The translations under genes and the position numbers were made by a program. Below, piece after piece: positions 41,543 through 58,397 of a DNA stretch of 64,000 nucleotides; position 1 is the stretch's first letter, and every line of letters begins with the position of its first letter. Origin of the DNA: Octopus vulgaris (Eukaryota); the NCBI GenBank assembly GCA_951406725.2, contig OX597820.1, positions 31,620,001 through 31,684,000 of the forward strand. The letters are read 5' to 3'. The notes beneath the pieces are model-generated. The model was not told where the DNA came from. It did no database searches and saw only the letters and a list, made by a program, of their open reading frames with translations.

Positions 41543-42109
41543 TTAGGTTGTACGGAAAGTTCGTGCCAATTTTTAAAGGAAAGAAAAAGATCAATAAATA
41601 CTTGCCATTACATTTTTAATCAACCAAATATGAACCATTTTGTTGCACAATGCGTCTCCATCTTTCTTTTAACTTGAAAATACCCTCTTCCCAGAATTGA
41701 GGTGGTTTCGTGGCAAAGAATTCATCAAGCTATCTTTTTACGTCATCCAAGGAATTGAAATTTTTACCATTAAGACTATTCTGCAGAGACCCGAATAAGT
41801 GGAAATCCGAAGGAGCAATATCTGGTGAATATGGAGGGTGGGGGTAACACATCCCAGCCGAGGTGCAGCAATTTTTGCCAGGTTCCCAAAGCATCAAGTG
41901 CCGAAAATGAACTTTCTTATGTTCCATTTTAAAGGGTTACAGAATTAACACAGGTTATAGGAACATAAACGTTCTTCCACGAAAAGATAGCTTAAACTGT
42001 GCTCTAAATGGAGGTGTAGTCAAATCCTATTTTATGGACTCAACTATTTTCTAAAATAAATCGAAAGGTAAGCTACTATAAATCGGTACGAACTTTCCGG
42101 ACAACCCAA
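41543..42109 (-). mobile_element. Internally deleted mariner element (mellifera-like)
   Basis: TIRs ttaggttgtacggaaagttcgt / acgaactttccggacaacccaa; MEHKKVHFRHLML start joined to HPPYSPDIAPSDFHLF C-terminus. Confidence 0.9.
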
Positions 42110-42169
42110 TTCTACGAAGGATTCAATCCGATGTTCTAACGACTCAACCACTCTGTTGCCTGTTTAATA

Positions 42170-42705
42170 CATGTAGCCTCGTTTATCACTTATTCATTCA
42201 TCGCGGATCCAGGATACCACTGATTGCTCAATTGTGAACTATGTTACGCTTATCACGGTTTGATCTGTGATAACACATGTTGGCGATCATTCGAAGATTC
42301 TGCTTGGAGCACAACAACGTGTCCCAGCGATCAGTCACAATATTCAGCTTCTCAGCTTGTGTTCACATGATTGTGCTTCGAGGCTGCGTACTTTTTTTTT
42401 TGACACAAAATTATGAACTCGTATTCATCAACACGGGACCAGTGAATACAAACATAAAAATACAAAGGCGCCTGATCTTAATAAACTGCGCAGACGAGTG
42501 TATTCTCTAAAGGAAAAAGGTGGAGATGATTAAAAAAATATGCGACGGTGGAAGCTTGGCTGCTGCGTGCCACGTGTTCGGTGTCAATGAATCTACCATC
42601 CGTTCCATTTACAAAGTGCGAGAAAATGATTAATTTATGACTGATTAATTTGTCGCTGAATTTCTTTTTGGAACCAAACCCCCATGATAAACAAGGATAG
42701 ATATA
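42170..42705 (+). mobile_element. Tigger/pogo deletion derivative
   Basis: cctcgtttatca / tgataaacaagg ends; CENP-B-type HTH relic RRVYSLKEK/VEMIKK...FGVNESTIRSIYK. Confidence 0.7.
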
Positions 42706-42794
42706 CTAAATGAATAAACTTTGAAAATAGGCCACAGTTCATATTGTTAGTGGGGTTTGGCTGGCAGAATCTTATCTTTTTTACGTTTATTTTT

Positions 42795-42958
42795 TTTACT
42801 TGTTACAGTCATGCGGCCATGCTGGGGCACCGCCTTTTTTAAAGAATTTTTAGTCGAATTTCAACCTGGTGCTTATTCTATAGTTGTTTTTGGGGAACAA
42901 GTTATGGGGACTTAAATAAACAAACCAACACCGGTTGTCAAGCAGTGGTGGGGACAAT

Positions 42959-42989
<31 letters not shown>

Positions 42990-43232
42990 AGTGGCATTTC
43001 GTCCTTCTTTACGTTCTGAGTTCAAATTCCGCCGTGGTCGACTTTGCCTTTCACACACGCACACTTACGACGAGTTTCTTTTAGTTTCCGTCTATCAAAT
43101 CCACTCACAGGACTTTCTTTAGTCGGGCCGATGCTATAGTAGAAAACTCTTGCCCAAGGTGCCACACAGTAAGACTGAACCTGGAATCATGTGACTGGGA
43201 AGCAAACTTACCACACAGCCCCGCCTGCGCCT
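42795..43232 (-). mobile_element. Family-A SINE with a nested family-B fragment
   Basis: Consensus blocks. Confidence 0.8.
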
Positions 43233-43521
43233 ATGAATAAGCTTGGTATAAAACTAATTTTTTGTATCAGTTATTTCACATGTAGTACTAATCATGAAAT
43301 AATGTAGTGTCAATTAAACCCAGCAATTCTCAAGCTAAGAAATGCCACTCACCCTTCCACCCTCATCCCGAGACCCAAATTATTGAAATTCTGGCCTTCC
43401 TGCTTAATTAATCGTTTCTTAATTTGACACAAGGCCAGCAATTTCGAACCCACTGCATAACTACTATTTTATTTTATCGACTCTGAAGAATTGAAATGCA
43501 AAGTTATCCTCGGCGGGATTT

Positions 43522-43866
43522 GGACCTTTTCGCTTTGATCGGCAGATTTTAAAAATAATTTCTTTGTAACTAAACACTTTTAAACTTCGTATGCTGGTAG
43601 AATGTGTCACATGAAACATTTTTTTCTCTTGGCGTTCTTGAGAAAATTCTGTAGTTTGTAAGCTATTTCTTGTTTAATTTCTCGTATTTCGGCAATTTCA
43701 ACCAATCAATGACGTCTATTGAGGTGAATACAATTACAGAATTTTCTCAAGAACGCCAAGAGTAAAAGATGTTTTATGTAACTCATTCTACCAGAATACG
43801 AAGTTTACAAGTGTTTAGTTACAAAGAAATTATTTTTAAAATCTGCCGGTCAAAGTGAAAAGATCC
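43522..43866. mobile_element. MITE with ~130-bp TIRs and 8-bp TSD, inserted in a family-B SINE
   Basis: ggaccttttcgctttga... / ...tcaaagtgaaaagatcc; TSD cgggattt on both sides. Confidence 0.9.
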
Positions 43867-44167
43867 CGGGATTTGAACTCAGCGCGTAAAGAACCGGGAG
43901 TAGATACTTCAAAGCTTTTCTGCTGATGCGCCAACGATTCTGCTAAACCACCACATGAAAGGGATGTGATATAATGGTTTCTGATTTAGGCACAAGGCCA
44001 GCAACTTTGAGGGAGGGGTTAAGTTACTAGAGGCAATAACAACAAACACAAACAGCGCCACCACTCCTCCACCGTCGCCGCCCGCTGCAGGGGTCATTCT
44101 TACGGTTGGGTTAGAGTTAGGATTAGGGTTAAGTCGTTGACGTGGTCGTAGTCGGTTGTGATCGTTT

Positions 44168-44227
44168 TCATCATCATCATCATCATCATCATCATCGTAA
44201 TCATCATCATCGTCATCGTCATCATCC

Positions 44228-44293
<66 letters not shown>

Positions 44294-44315
44294 CCATCAT
44301 CAACAACAACAACAA
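44168..44315. repeat. (CAT)n(CAA)n repeat
   Basis: Seen directly. Confidence 0.95.
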
Positions 44316-45029
44316 CATCGACAATGTCGTTGGTCGCCGTCGTTTTCGTTGTGGTGGCGGCGGCGGTGGTCGTCTGTCACCAGAAATATCTAGAGAAGCG
44401 ACATCTGGTGATAGCGCAATGTACTGCAGCATGTCACAATTTCTGAGAAATCGTATCTGAAATGTCGGCTGTCATAATTTCAATGTAAGCTTTAAACCTC
44501 TCTTGCCAGGTCTTTGCCGGCGGACTTCATTCATCCTAGCAAAGGCATTGAGACCTAGTTCACTCTCGTACATTCTCGCTCACTCTCGCTCACTCTCACT
44601 CTGTCTTCTCTCCTCTATTTCGTTCGTTTTTCTCACCCACTCACGCTTTCTCTTCCCTCCTCTCCTCTAGTCCTCCTCCCGACCTGTCCGTCTTTCTCTC
44701 TCTCTCTTTCTCCACCCCTCGTTATGTCGTTCTCTTCTCTTCTCTATAAACCCTCTCTATTACTCACTAGCTTTTTGTTGTGTATATGTGTGCGTGTGTG
44801 TGTGTGTGTGTATGTGTGGGCGCGTATGTGTGAGTGTGTGTGGCTGACTGTATGCATATATGATGCTATCAAGATAGATATTGACTGGACCGAAACTCCA
44901 AAACCTAAGCTACGGAATTGTGCATGCGCGCGCAAACCACACATACGCGCACACATAAATATATATGTATATATACAGATATGTGTATACTTATATAGAC
45001 ACACACACATATATATATATGTATAAATA

Positions 45030-45067
<38 letters not shown>

Positions 45068-45242
45068 AGTATGTATGTATGTATGTATCTCTCTCTCTCT
45101 CTCTCTCTCTACATATATATAAAACGTCGCCCTTTTCAAGCCTAGCCAGGCTCATGGGGCCCGTTTTCCCGGTTTCTGTGGCGTAAGTGTCCCCCTCCTG
45201 TGTATCCCTGTCTGTGTATGTTCATATATACATATTAGCATT

Positions 45243-45284
<42 letters not shown>

Positions 45285-46839
45285 CAGTGGTGGCCAAAAT
45301 GTTCAGAACGGCATTGTTTTCGTCAGAAAAGTAGATATAATTTTTTATCAAAGTTGTTTCATATTCTATAATTTTCACAGACAATAAATACGATATAATT
45401 TGTTATTGCCTGAGATTTTGGTGTAATTTGAGAGGATAATACAAAAGTTATGGATGATTTAGTGATTTACTGCAAAACCCATGGAGGCCAAAATGATCAG
45501 AACGGTTGCCTTTACTCCGTGTTTTAGTATATTTAACCGGCGAACTCTAATGTTTTGAATTTGTTTACGTGACGGTTCGTTTACAAAACATTAGTAAGAA
45601 TATTTACAGTGTACTTTGTTAATATAATGCCACTTACTCCGTTACCAATTCGTCTGCAGATTATTAAGCTTCGAAGGAAGGATAATTTAAGTATTGGATC
45701 TATTGCAAAGATTGTTAACAAGTCAAAAAGTGTTGTACACGGTATTCTTAAGGTCTACGATGATTGTGCTTCGTGTGAAGCAAGAAAGTCTACAGGTAGG
45801 CCAAGAAAAACGACCAAGAGAGAAGATCGTGCTATGGTAAAGTTGGTTAAAAAGGACAGATTTAAAAGTGCTGCTGCTGTTTCTCAGAAAATGAGCATTG
45901 TATTGAAGAAAACTTTATCTCGAAAAACTGTGTCTCGTCGTTTAGTTGAACATGACCTACAAGCAAGATCACCAGCAGTGAAGCCACTGATCAGCTCCAA
46001 GAAAAAAAAGTGTCGTCTTACCTTTGCAACCAAACATGTGTTGTGGTCTCAAGAAAAATGGCAAACGGTGCATTTCAGTGATGAATCGTAGAAAATTAGG
46101 TGAAAAATTGTCGCCTAAATGCCTTAAGACTAGTGTTAAATTCGGTGGAGGAAGTGTCATGGTTTGGGGGATGATATCTGGAGATGGTGTGGGCCCTTTG
46201 GTGCGATTACATGGAAAGTTAAATGCAGGAGTTTATAAACAACTTATAAAAGATCATGTCTTGCCTGTGCTGAGAAATTCAACTAAGCGACCACCCATAT
46301 TCATGCAGGACAATGCCTCATGTCACAAGGCTAAGGTGGTCATGAACTTCCTTAAGGCTGAAAAGGTTATTGTTATGGATTGGCCTGCTCAAAGCCCAGA
46401 TCTCAATCCTATTGAAAATGTATGGAATATTCTAGGAGAACGTTCGAAAGCCAGAAATCCTAAAACAACTGAGCAATTATGGAATGCCCTTCAGGAAGAA
46501 TGGAATAAGATCACCCTAGCAAGAAATTGAAAATTTAATTTCCTCATGCAGTCAAAGATGTCAGAGTGTGATTGAAGCTAAAGGGCTTCACACTAAATAT
46601 TGAATAATTCCAGTATTCTATGTCATTTTTGATTATTTTGTTATTTTTTCAACCGTTCTGATCATTTTGGCCTCCATGGGTTTTGCAGTAAATCACTAAA
46701 TCATCCATAACTTTTGTATTATCCTCTCAAATAACAATTAATATTGTATTTATTGTCTAAGAATATAAAACAACTTTGATAAAAAATTATATCTACTTTT
46801 CTGACGAAAACAATGCCGTTCTGAACAGTTTGGCCGCAA

Positions 46840-46842
<3 letters not shown>
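45285..46842 (+). mobile_element. Tc1-like transposon, IR/DR type, nearly full length
   Basis: ~200-220-bp TIRs starting cagt, each with two ggccaaaatg(t/a)tcagaacgg repeats; inserted in (TA)n. Confidence 0.95.
45627..46603 (+). pseudogene. Tc1 DD34E transposase, disrupted
   Basis: GRPRK, FSDES, FMQDNASCH-34 aa-SPDLNPIE, GLHTKY*; deletion/frameshift after FSDES and a frameshift near 46520. Confidence 0.93.
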
Positions 46843-46905
<63 letters not shown>

Positions 46906-47367
46906 GAGACTATAAATACAATATCCACATTATTATTTCTCATATTACCTCCCCCTCTCCATTCCTCTCCCTCTACCACACTCATAGCTTCTCTTCCTCT
47001 CTCTCCTTCTCTCTCTCAAACACACGCGCACGCACGCAAACGCCATCTTTTTTCTTGCACTTACTCTCAAATACTCTCTTCCACTTTTCTTTCTTCCTCC
47101 TACTATTTCTTTGTTTTTTGAATCTCCTTTAATCTTCTCTCTCGTCTTCTTTACTCTTTCTCCCGTAGCTCTGCTTCTTCTTCCTTTCTCTTTCACTCCT
47201 CCTTTCAATATTTCCTTCTTTCTGCCGGCTTTCTTTCAAGCTATCATTGTTTTCCTAAGTTATTTTCTCTTATTCATTTGTTTCTTTTATCGTTTGTTTG
47301 TTTGTTTCTTTTTTAATGTTCATACTTTTACACCGTGAATTTCCACATACCAGTCACATGGATTTAA

Positions 47368-47463
<96 letters not shown>

Positions 47464-47763
47464 GAGGTTACCATGGTCTTTTCCGTAGGCTTTTCTTTCC
47501 ACGGGTAAACCTCACCTGTCCTCCCCTTTACACTTCATATTGACATTTCTGTGATTACGATCCCTATTCATCAACTTTTTTTCCTCTCCCTTTTCTTCCC
47601 CCACCTTTTTTTTTTTAAATCCTCCCCTTTTTTGTCCTCTTTCTTTCCTTTTACGATCCCTTTTGATCGAAAACCAACCCCCCTTTTTTTACCCCCAAAA
47701 GAAAAGCTCTACCTTGTAATTTGTTCTGTCTGTGTGCAGCCCTGTGTGGCTAATAAAGAAACA

Positions 47764-47764
<1 letters not shown>
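47464..47764 (+). mobile_element. Tx1/L1-like LINE 3' UTR fragment
   Basis: Homologous to 48830-49212; ends gtggctaataaagaaaca + (TCTA)n. Confidence 0.8.
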
Positions 47765-47852
<88 letters not shown>

Positions 47853-47978
47853 GTCTGTCTGTCTGTCTGTCTCTCTGTCTGTCTGTCTGTCTCTCTGTCT
47901 GTCTGTCTGGCTGGCTGCCTGTCTGCCTGTCTGCCTGTCTGTCTGTCTGTCTGTCTGTCTGTGGCTAATAAAGAAACA

Positions 47979-48040
<62 letters not shown>

Positions 48041-48050
48041 CCTACCTGTC

Positions 48051-49211
48051 TGCGAGTGTCGCGTTGCTCTCAAGCAACTCTGCCGTCCCGGGTCGACCTT
48101 GAGTGACTTCAACACAACCAAAGCATTCTATAGGGGATTAGTGGAGGGGAGGTACGACGACGAGCTCGGGGCGAACCTGGACGTCGACGAGGAGTACCTG
48201 ACCCGCCTGTTCAGGACGACTTTCGGGCCAGGGCCCATGGACAACTTCCAGAGATCCCTGGCCTGGCAGTGTTACCGAGAAGCGCTACCCGTTCGGGATA
48301 AGCTCTACAGACACGGCTCGAGAAACACGGGGCCGACCTGCCCGAGATGCGGTCAGAGCGACGAAACCGTTCTGCACGCACTCGTGCAGTGTCCAACAAT
48401 TTCCGACCTGTGGGCTTGTGTCGAACAACTGCTGCCACGTGTGGGACGAGTCGGTTTATCAGCTGAGTCTATCGTCAATATTGTCACGCCTCCTTCCACC
48501 AAACGGGAAGGAAGAGCTATTTTCATCATCCTTGTGGCTATGGCGAAAGAATGTATCTGGTGGACGCGTCTGAAAGGATTGGAGACAAACACTTTCCTCT
48601 CTGGTCAATCTCTCATCAACTTCTTCAAGTACCACTTGAAAAGGAAAGTGAGAGAGAGAGGCAAGTTTTGTCTAGCGAATGTTTTAAAAAAAGATGGGTG
48701 AATGTAGCAAGGATGGCACGCATGAATGACGAAGCCACCTTGAGCATAATCCTATGAACCCAGAAATTGAAAACAGAGGGTTACCCACTTGCAAACAAAT
48801 GTGGTAACATATAACCATATTGACCAAGGTTACCGTGGTCTTTTTCGTAGGCTTTTCTTCCCACGGATAAACCTTACTTGCTTTCCCCTTTACACCATAT
48901 ATCATAACACTGTGATACACGATCCCTATTGATCGTTCTTTTTTTCCTCTTCCCCTCTTTTTCACCTTTTTTTTCTCTTTTTTCATTTCTCCTTTCTTTT
49001 GTTCCTTTTCCTTTTCTTTTTATTCCTTTTATTTAAAAAAAATTTTTTTTTGTTCTTTTCTTCTCTTTTACGATCCCTCTTGATCGAAAACCTACGCCAC
49101 CCCCTTTTCCTTTTCTTCTTTTGTTTTTTGTTTTTTTCATCCCCCAAAAGAAAAGCTCTACCTTGTAACTTGTCCCATCTGTGTGCAGCCCTGTGTGGCC
49201 AATAAAGAAAT

Positions 49212-49212
<1 letters not shown>
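48051..49212 (+). mobile_element. 5'-truncated Tx1/L1-like LINE (zf-RVT C-terminus plus 3' UTR)
   Basis: AWQCYREALPVRDKL...CPRCGQSDETVLHALVQC zinc knuckle; AATAAA followed by (TCTA)n. Confidence 0.88.
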
Positions 49213-49295
<83 letters not shown>

Positions 49296-49298
<3 letters not shown>

Positions 49299-49833
49299 GT
49301 GGCTATAGCGAAAGAATATATCTGGTGGACGCGTCTGAAAGGATTGGAGACAAACACTTTCCTCTCTGGTCAATCTCTCATCAACTTCTTAAAGTATCAC
49401 TTGAAAAGGAAAGTAAGAGTAGAGAGGCAAGTTTTGTCTAGCGAATGTTTCAAAAAAAAAAAAAGATGGGTGAATGTAGCAAGGATGGCACACGTATGAA
49501 TGACGAAGCCACCTTGAGTATGATCCTATGAACCCGGAAAAATTTAAAACAGAGAGTTACTTGCAAATAAATGCAACATTATTGACTAATGTTACCGTGG
49601 TCTTTTCCGTAGGCTTTTCTTTCCACGGATAAACCTTATCTGTTTCCCCCTTTACACTTTATATCATGACATTTCTGTGATACACGATCCCTATTGATCT
49701 TTTTTTCTTTTCTTTCCTTTCTACTATCCCTTTTGATCGAAAACCTATTCACTTTTTTTCTCCCGAAACAGAAAAGCTCTACCTTGTAATTTGTCCCGTG
49801 TGTGTTCAGTCTTGTGTGGCTAATAAAGAAACA

Positions 49834-49834
<1 letters not shown>
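49296..49834 (+). mobile_element. Tx1/L1-like LINE, shorter 3' copy
   Basis: Matches 48531-49212. Confidence 0.88.
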
Positions 49835-49927
<93 letters not shown>

Positions 49928-49981
49928 CCTATCTGTCTGTCTGTCTGTCTGTCTGGCTGGCTGCCTGTCTGCCTGTCTGCC

Positions 49982-50023
<42 letters not shown>

Positions 50024-50144
50024 CCTGTCTGTCTGTTTGTCTGTCTGTTTGTCTGTCTATCTATCCACCAGTTTGTCTGGCCATGAGTTTGTCTGTCTCT
50101 GTCTCTGTCTCTGTCTCTCTCTCTGTGTCTCTCTCTCTCTATCC

Positions 50145-50343
50145 GCTTGATGAGCGGATTTGGTAGACGGAAACTGAAAGAAGCCCGTCGTATATATATA
50201 ATACAAATAAGAAAATGGAGAGACAATTTAGTTGCTTCATCAGCTTTAGGATATTAGAATGTTGACTTTTATTTAACAAAAACGAGAACCTTAATAACAT
50301 ACATATATACATTATAATTCAATACATATAAGATAAGAATATA

Positions 50344-50431
<88 letters not shown>

Positions 50432-50640
50432 TTTGTGTATCTGTTTGTCTCTCCACCATCGTTTGACAAGCAATGCTGGTGTGTTTACGTCCCCCGTAAT
50501 TTAGCGGTTCGGCAAAAAGAGACCGGTAGAATAAGTTTTAGGCTTACAACAAATAAGTCCTGGGGTCAATTTGTTCGAGTAAAGGCGGTGCTCCAGCATG
50601 GCCGCAGTGAAATGACTGAAACAAATAGAAGGATAAAAGA
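50145..50640 (+). mobile_element. 5'-truncated family-A SINE with an internal insertion
   Basis: Consensus blocks. Confidence 0.8.
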
Positions 50641-51079
50641 ATATGTTATATTTAAATAGAGTATAATATATTTAAATATTTAAAATAGCGTTGTTCCAGC
50701 ATGGCCACAGCTATGAGTTGAAACTACAAAAGAAAAAAAAAGACGTATATGTAATTATGTATGTATATTTATCTAGCTATACATAGTCACAGTTGACTTC
50801 CTTTGTGTACCTAATGACCCAAGCCTACAATCAAACAATTGTCATTGTTCGCGCGCGCGAGCGTGTGTGAAGTGGGTGTGTATATATATATGTATATGTA
50901 TATATATATATAAATATTTTGAATGTTCATATGTATATATGTATGTATGTGTGTGCGTGTCTATCTGTCTCTCTATATATCTGTCTGTCTGTCAGTCTGT
51001 CTGTCTATCTGTCTGTCTGTCTGTCTGTCTAGCCTGGCGCTCTAACTATCCAGCCAGCTCGCCGCTTTTATAATAATGA

Positions 51080-51303
51080 CAATGGTTTCATATTTTGCCA
51101 CAAGGGTAGCCATTTTGGGGCAGGGAATGTGGTGATTACATCGACCCCCCCCTCAGTGCTTAATTGGTACTTAAGTAATCGACCCCGAAAGGATGAAAAA
51201 TAAAGTCGACATCGGCGGAATTTGAACTCAAATCGTAGCGACGAGTGAAATACCGCTAAGTATTTCGTCTGGCGCGCTAACGATTCTGCCAACTCGCCGC
51301 CTT
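51080..51303 (-). mobile_element. Family-B SINE
   Basis: Consensus match. Confidence 0.88.
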
Positions 51304-51412
51304 AATGATAATAATAGTGATGGTGATGATGATGATGATGATAATAATAATAATAATAATAATAATAGTAATAATAATGATGAGGATGATGATGATGATG
51401 ATGATGATGCTG

Positions 51413-51466
<54 letters not shown>

Positions 51467-51494
51467 GTAATAATAATAATAATAATAAATAATA

Positions 51495-52037
51495 AATGCC
51501 CCGATGCAGTACCAGACAGTGACTCTCATGGCTTCTGATCTTAACTGATTGGAAGTGTTATCATGTACATTGTTTTGTCTTGGTATTAAAGATGGGCTAC
51601 AGCAAATATTCTGCTCAATACCACAGATTTGCTTGTCAGTTGTTTGACCTTAACCAGTTGAGTATGTCCCTTAGTGGCTGACGATATGTGCAGAAGTAGT
51701 GGGGAGCATCATAGCCATGTATTGAGAGGGATTCTTTGGGGTTTGAATACTTCACCTTTGGAAACATGGGAGTTTCGTTGATCATCATCCTTAAACAACC
51801 CATATTCAGGGACCTTTTGAGCAGGATGGGTTACTCGACCAGAAGAAAATTCTAACTGGGCTCCACCTGAAAGGTCATGTGCTGTTTATCTTGATATGAG
51901 ATCACCATGTTGCGCACATATGGTTGTGATGCATGTGCCTAGTGTACCTTTATCAGACGGGTAGTCCTGATGGGTATACTGGGCTTCGTATATTTTACCC
52001 CAGTGTCAATTTGATGGCAGGCACTGCTCTCTCACTC
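51495..52037. repeat. ~540-bp unclassified insert bounded by (TAA)n tracts
   Basis: Complex sequence with TAA/TGA arrays at 51303-51490 and 52038-52195 on either side. Confidence 0.45.
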
Positions 52038-52096
<59 letters not shown>

Positions 52097-52199
52097 GGAT
52101 GATGATGATGATGATGACGATGATGATGATGATGAGGATGATGATGATAATAATAATAATAATAATAATAATAATTATAATAATAATAATAATAACGAT

Positions 52200-52400
52200 C
52201 CTTTCTACTATAGGCACAAGGCCTGAATTTGTTGGCAGGGGACTAGTCCTTTACATCGGCCGCAGTGTTTCACTGGTACTTAATTTATCGACCCCGGAAG
52301 GATGAGAAGCAAAATCGACCTCGGCGGAATTGGAACTCAAAACGTAAAGTGGACGAAATGCAGCTAAGCATTTTGGTCGGCGTTCTAACGACCCTGCCGC
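52200..52400 (-). mobile_element. Family-B SINE
   Basis: Consensus match. Confidence 0.85.
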
Positions 52401-52474
52401 AATAGTAATAGTAAATATGTATGAATGAGAGTGTGTGCGTATATATATATATATATATATACCCCACAACTTTG

Positions 52475-52509
<35 letters not shown>

Positions 52510-52510
<1 letters not shown>

Positions 52511-52963
52511 GACGGATCATTATTAATTCCAAAAAGGCAATCTTTATAGCTAACTTAGCGTGGATATATAGTTAGAACGCCAAATAGTGCGATATTCACC
52601 TTGAGAGGTCCTCTTATACTGAAGCACATTGCTTAAAAGTACTAACATTTACCGTAACAGATAAGAATTGGATAGCATTGGCGCTGGAACTGCCAGATTA
52701 CGGGATTTCTGCATACTGCGCTTCTTCAGTGGCAGGCATAGAAACGAAATTTCACAGTTAATGATATAGAAAATAACTGTCTTTCCTGACACTGATGTCG
52801 CAAATAGCCTGCAGGCTTATTAAAAAATATTACCGACGGTGACAGTATTAATACCAAAATGACAATCCTTATAACCAACTTAACGTGGCTATATTGTTAG
52901 AACGCCAAAAACAGCTGTATTTACCCTGGGAAGTTCTATCACATAGACCCACGGTGCTTAAAA
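52510..52963 (-). mobile_element. Old retrozyme-like partial tandem (~325-bp unit)
   Basis: 52510-52638 imperfectly repeated at 52834-52963, with an HHR motif between. Confidence 0.55.
52690..52735 (-). ncRNA. Type I hammerhead-like motif
   Basis: Minus: CUGCCA-CUGAAGA-agcgcaguaugca-GAAA-U cccgua A-UC-UGGCAG (6-bp helix I, weak helix II). Confidence 0.55.
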
Positions 52964-53558
52964 CAGTCTCATAGTGTAACAACCTGAGCAAGCCTATATC
53001 TAGAGAGGCTGAACTAGGTGGATCTGAACTAATAAAAAAAACCTGTATATTGTGTGTGTGTGTGTGTGTATACATACATTCATACATGCATATATATCAT
53101 TATTTATATATATATATGCTTGTAGGAATATTGTCTTTGACAAGAGAACAGATAGAATAGGAGACAGATAAGAATGCGTCTGGTCTGTGCGACAGACTGA
53201 AGGAAAAGAAAAATAGATGATGGTCACGTGCGAGCAACGAGAGAGAGAGAGAGAGTAAAGGAGAAAGAGAGATGATGATGATGATGATGATGATGATCAC
53301 CATCATCATACACATACACACATACACATATATATATATTTTTATTCTTTTATTTGTTTCCGTCGTTTCACCGCAGCCATGCTGGAGCACCGTCCTTCAG
53401 TCGAAGAAATTGACCCCAGGACTTATTCTTTGTAAGCTTCGTAGTTATTCTATCGTTGTTTTGCCGAACCGTTAAGTTCCGGGGGTGCAAAGACACCAAC
53501 ATTGGTTGCTAAGCGATGGTGGGCGTAGAAATACACATATACATACGCAACGACACAC

Positions 53559-53608
<50 letters not shown>

Positions 53609-53613
53609 GTATG

Positions 53614-53647
<34 letters not shown>

Positions 53648-53794
53648 TGTTTGTATGTATGTATGTATGTATGTATGTATGTATGTATGTATGTATGTAT
53701 GTATGTATGTATATATACGACGCGCTTTGGAGTTTCTGTCTACAAAATCTACTCACAAAGCTTTGGTCGACCCGAGGCTATAGTAGAAGTCATT

Positions 53795-57493
<3,699 letters not shown>

Positions 57494-58168
57494 ACTCCAG
57501 AGGTGAGACTTTTATTTCCCCTTAGCCCTCATGTCACACAGTTGTTATGTTTGAGTTGGATCACGCCCTTCCAATTGCTATAGATCCGTAATGCATCTTA
57601 CGGCTGTGCCTGTCACCTGTATGGTGAGGAATCCTACATTGGGGAGTAGTAACTACTAGTGTAGGGTAGCTGACTGCTTATTGTGATCATTCGTGTTTTG
57701 GTTTCCTGTAGCTTTGCTCTCTTTTACAAACCCAGTGAACATATATATATATTTCCTATTTCAAAGAAATTCGAACAATACATATAAGACCCAAGTTAAA
57801 AAGATTCTCAACGATTTAACTTCTCGTGTTGACATTAAGACACCCACCCCCAATATGGGCCTCAACTCGCACATTTTAGAGCTCCATGACCTCCATTTAT
57901 CAGGAGCAAAATCCTTTTCATAGGTTCCATAAGACTGGAATTTTGGAATCTTCGCATAAAGATCAGTAGTATGGGATACATGTGTCATGATTAGAATTTT
58001 TTTGGGGTATGTAAAGAGGGAAAGAACCCTCATCTGCAATTTTGATGAAATTCGAATCATAGGTATTCCAGTTCATTAGAGAAAATAAAACAGAAAAGTA
58101 TAATTCTTCAATTACATGTAACACGAACGCCCAGTATCTCTGCTGGTATACATACATACATACATACA

Positions 58169-58272
<104 letters not shown>

Positions 58273-58354
58273 ACACACACACATATAATATATATTTATA
58301 TATATATATATATGAAAGAAGGTTTGAAAATCCAATTGTAAAAAATGTTTATTC

Positions 58355-58397
58355 ACTTGACCGGTTTCACTTTTTTAGAAAAAAGATAGTCAAAAGT
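58355..58397 (-). ncRNA. Degenerate minimal hammerhead motif
   Basis: Minus: ACUU-uUGAcuA-...-GAAA-CCGG-UC-AAGU; palindromic ACCGGU helix III. Confidence 0.35.

Noticed and set aside
44369-44412. Hairpin tgtcaccaga...tctggtgata as a miRNA candidate
   Set aside because: Only a 10-bp stem with a large loop; too short for a pre-miRNA
50225-50250. Minus-strand ctgatga with a short stem
   Set aside because: No GAAA or helix III follows; not called as an HHR
57761-58060. 99-aa minus-strand ORF in complex sequence
   Set aside because: No motif recognised; may be an old retroelement fragment
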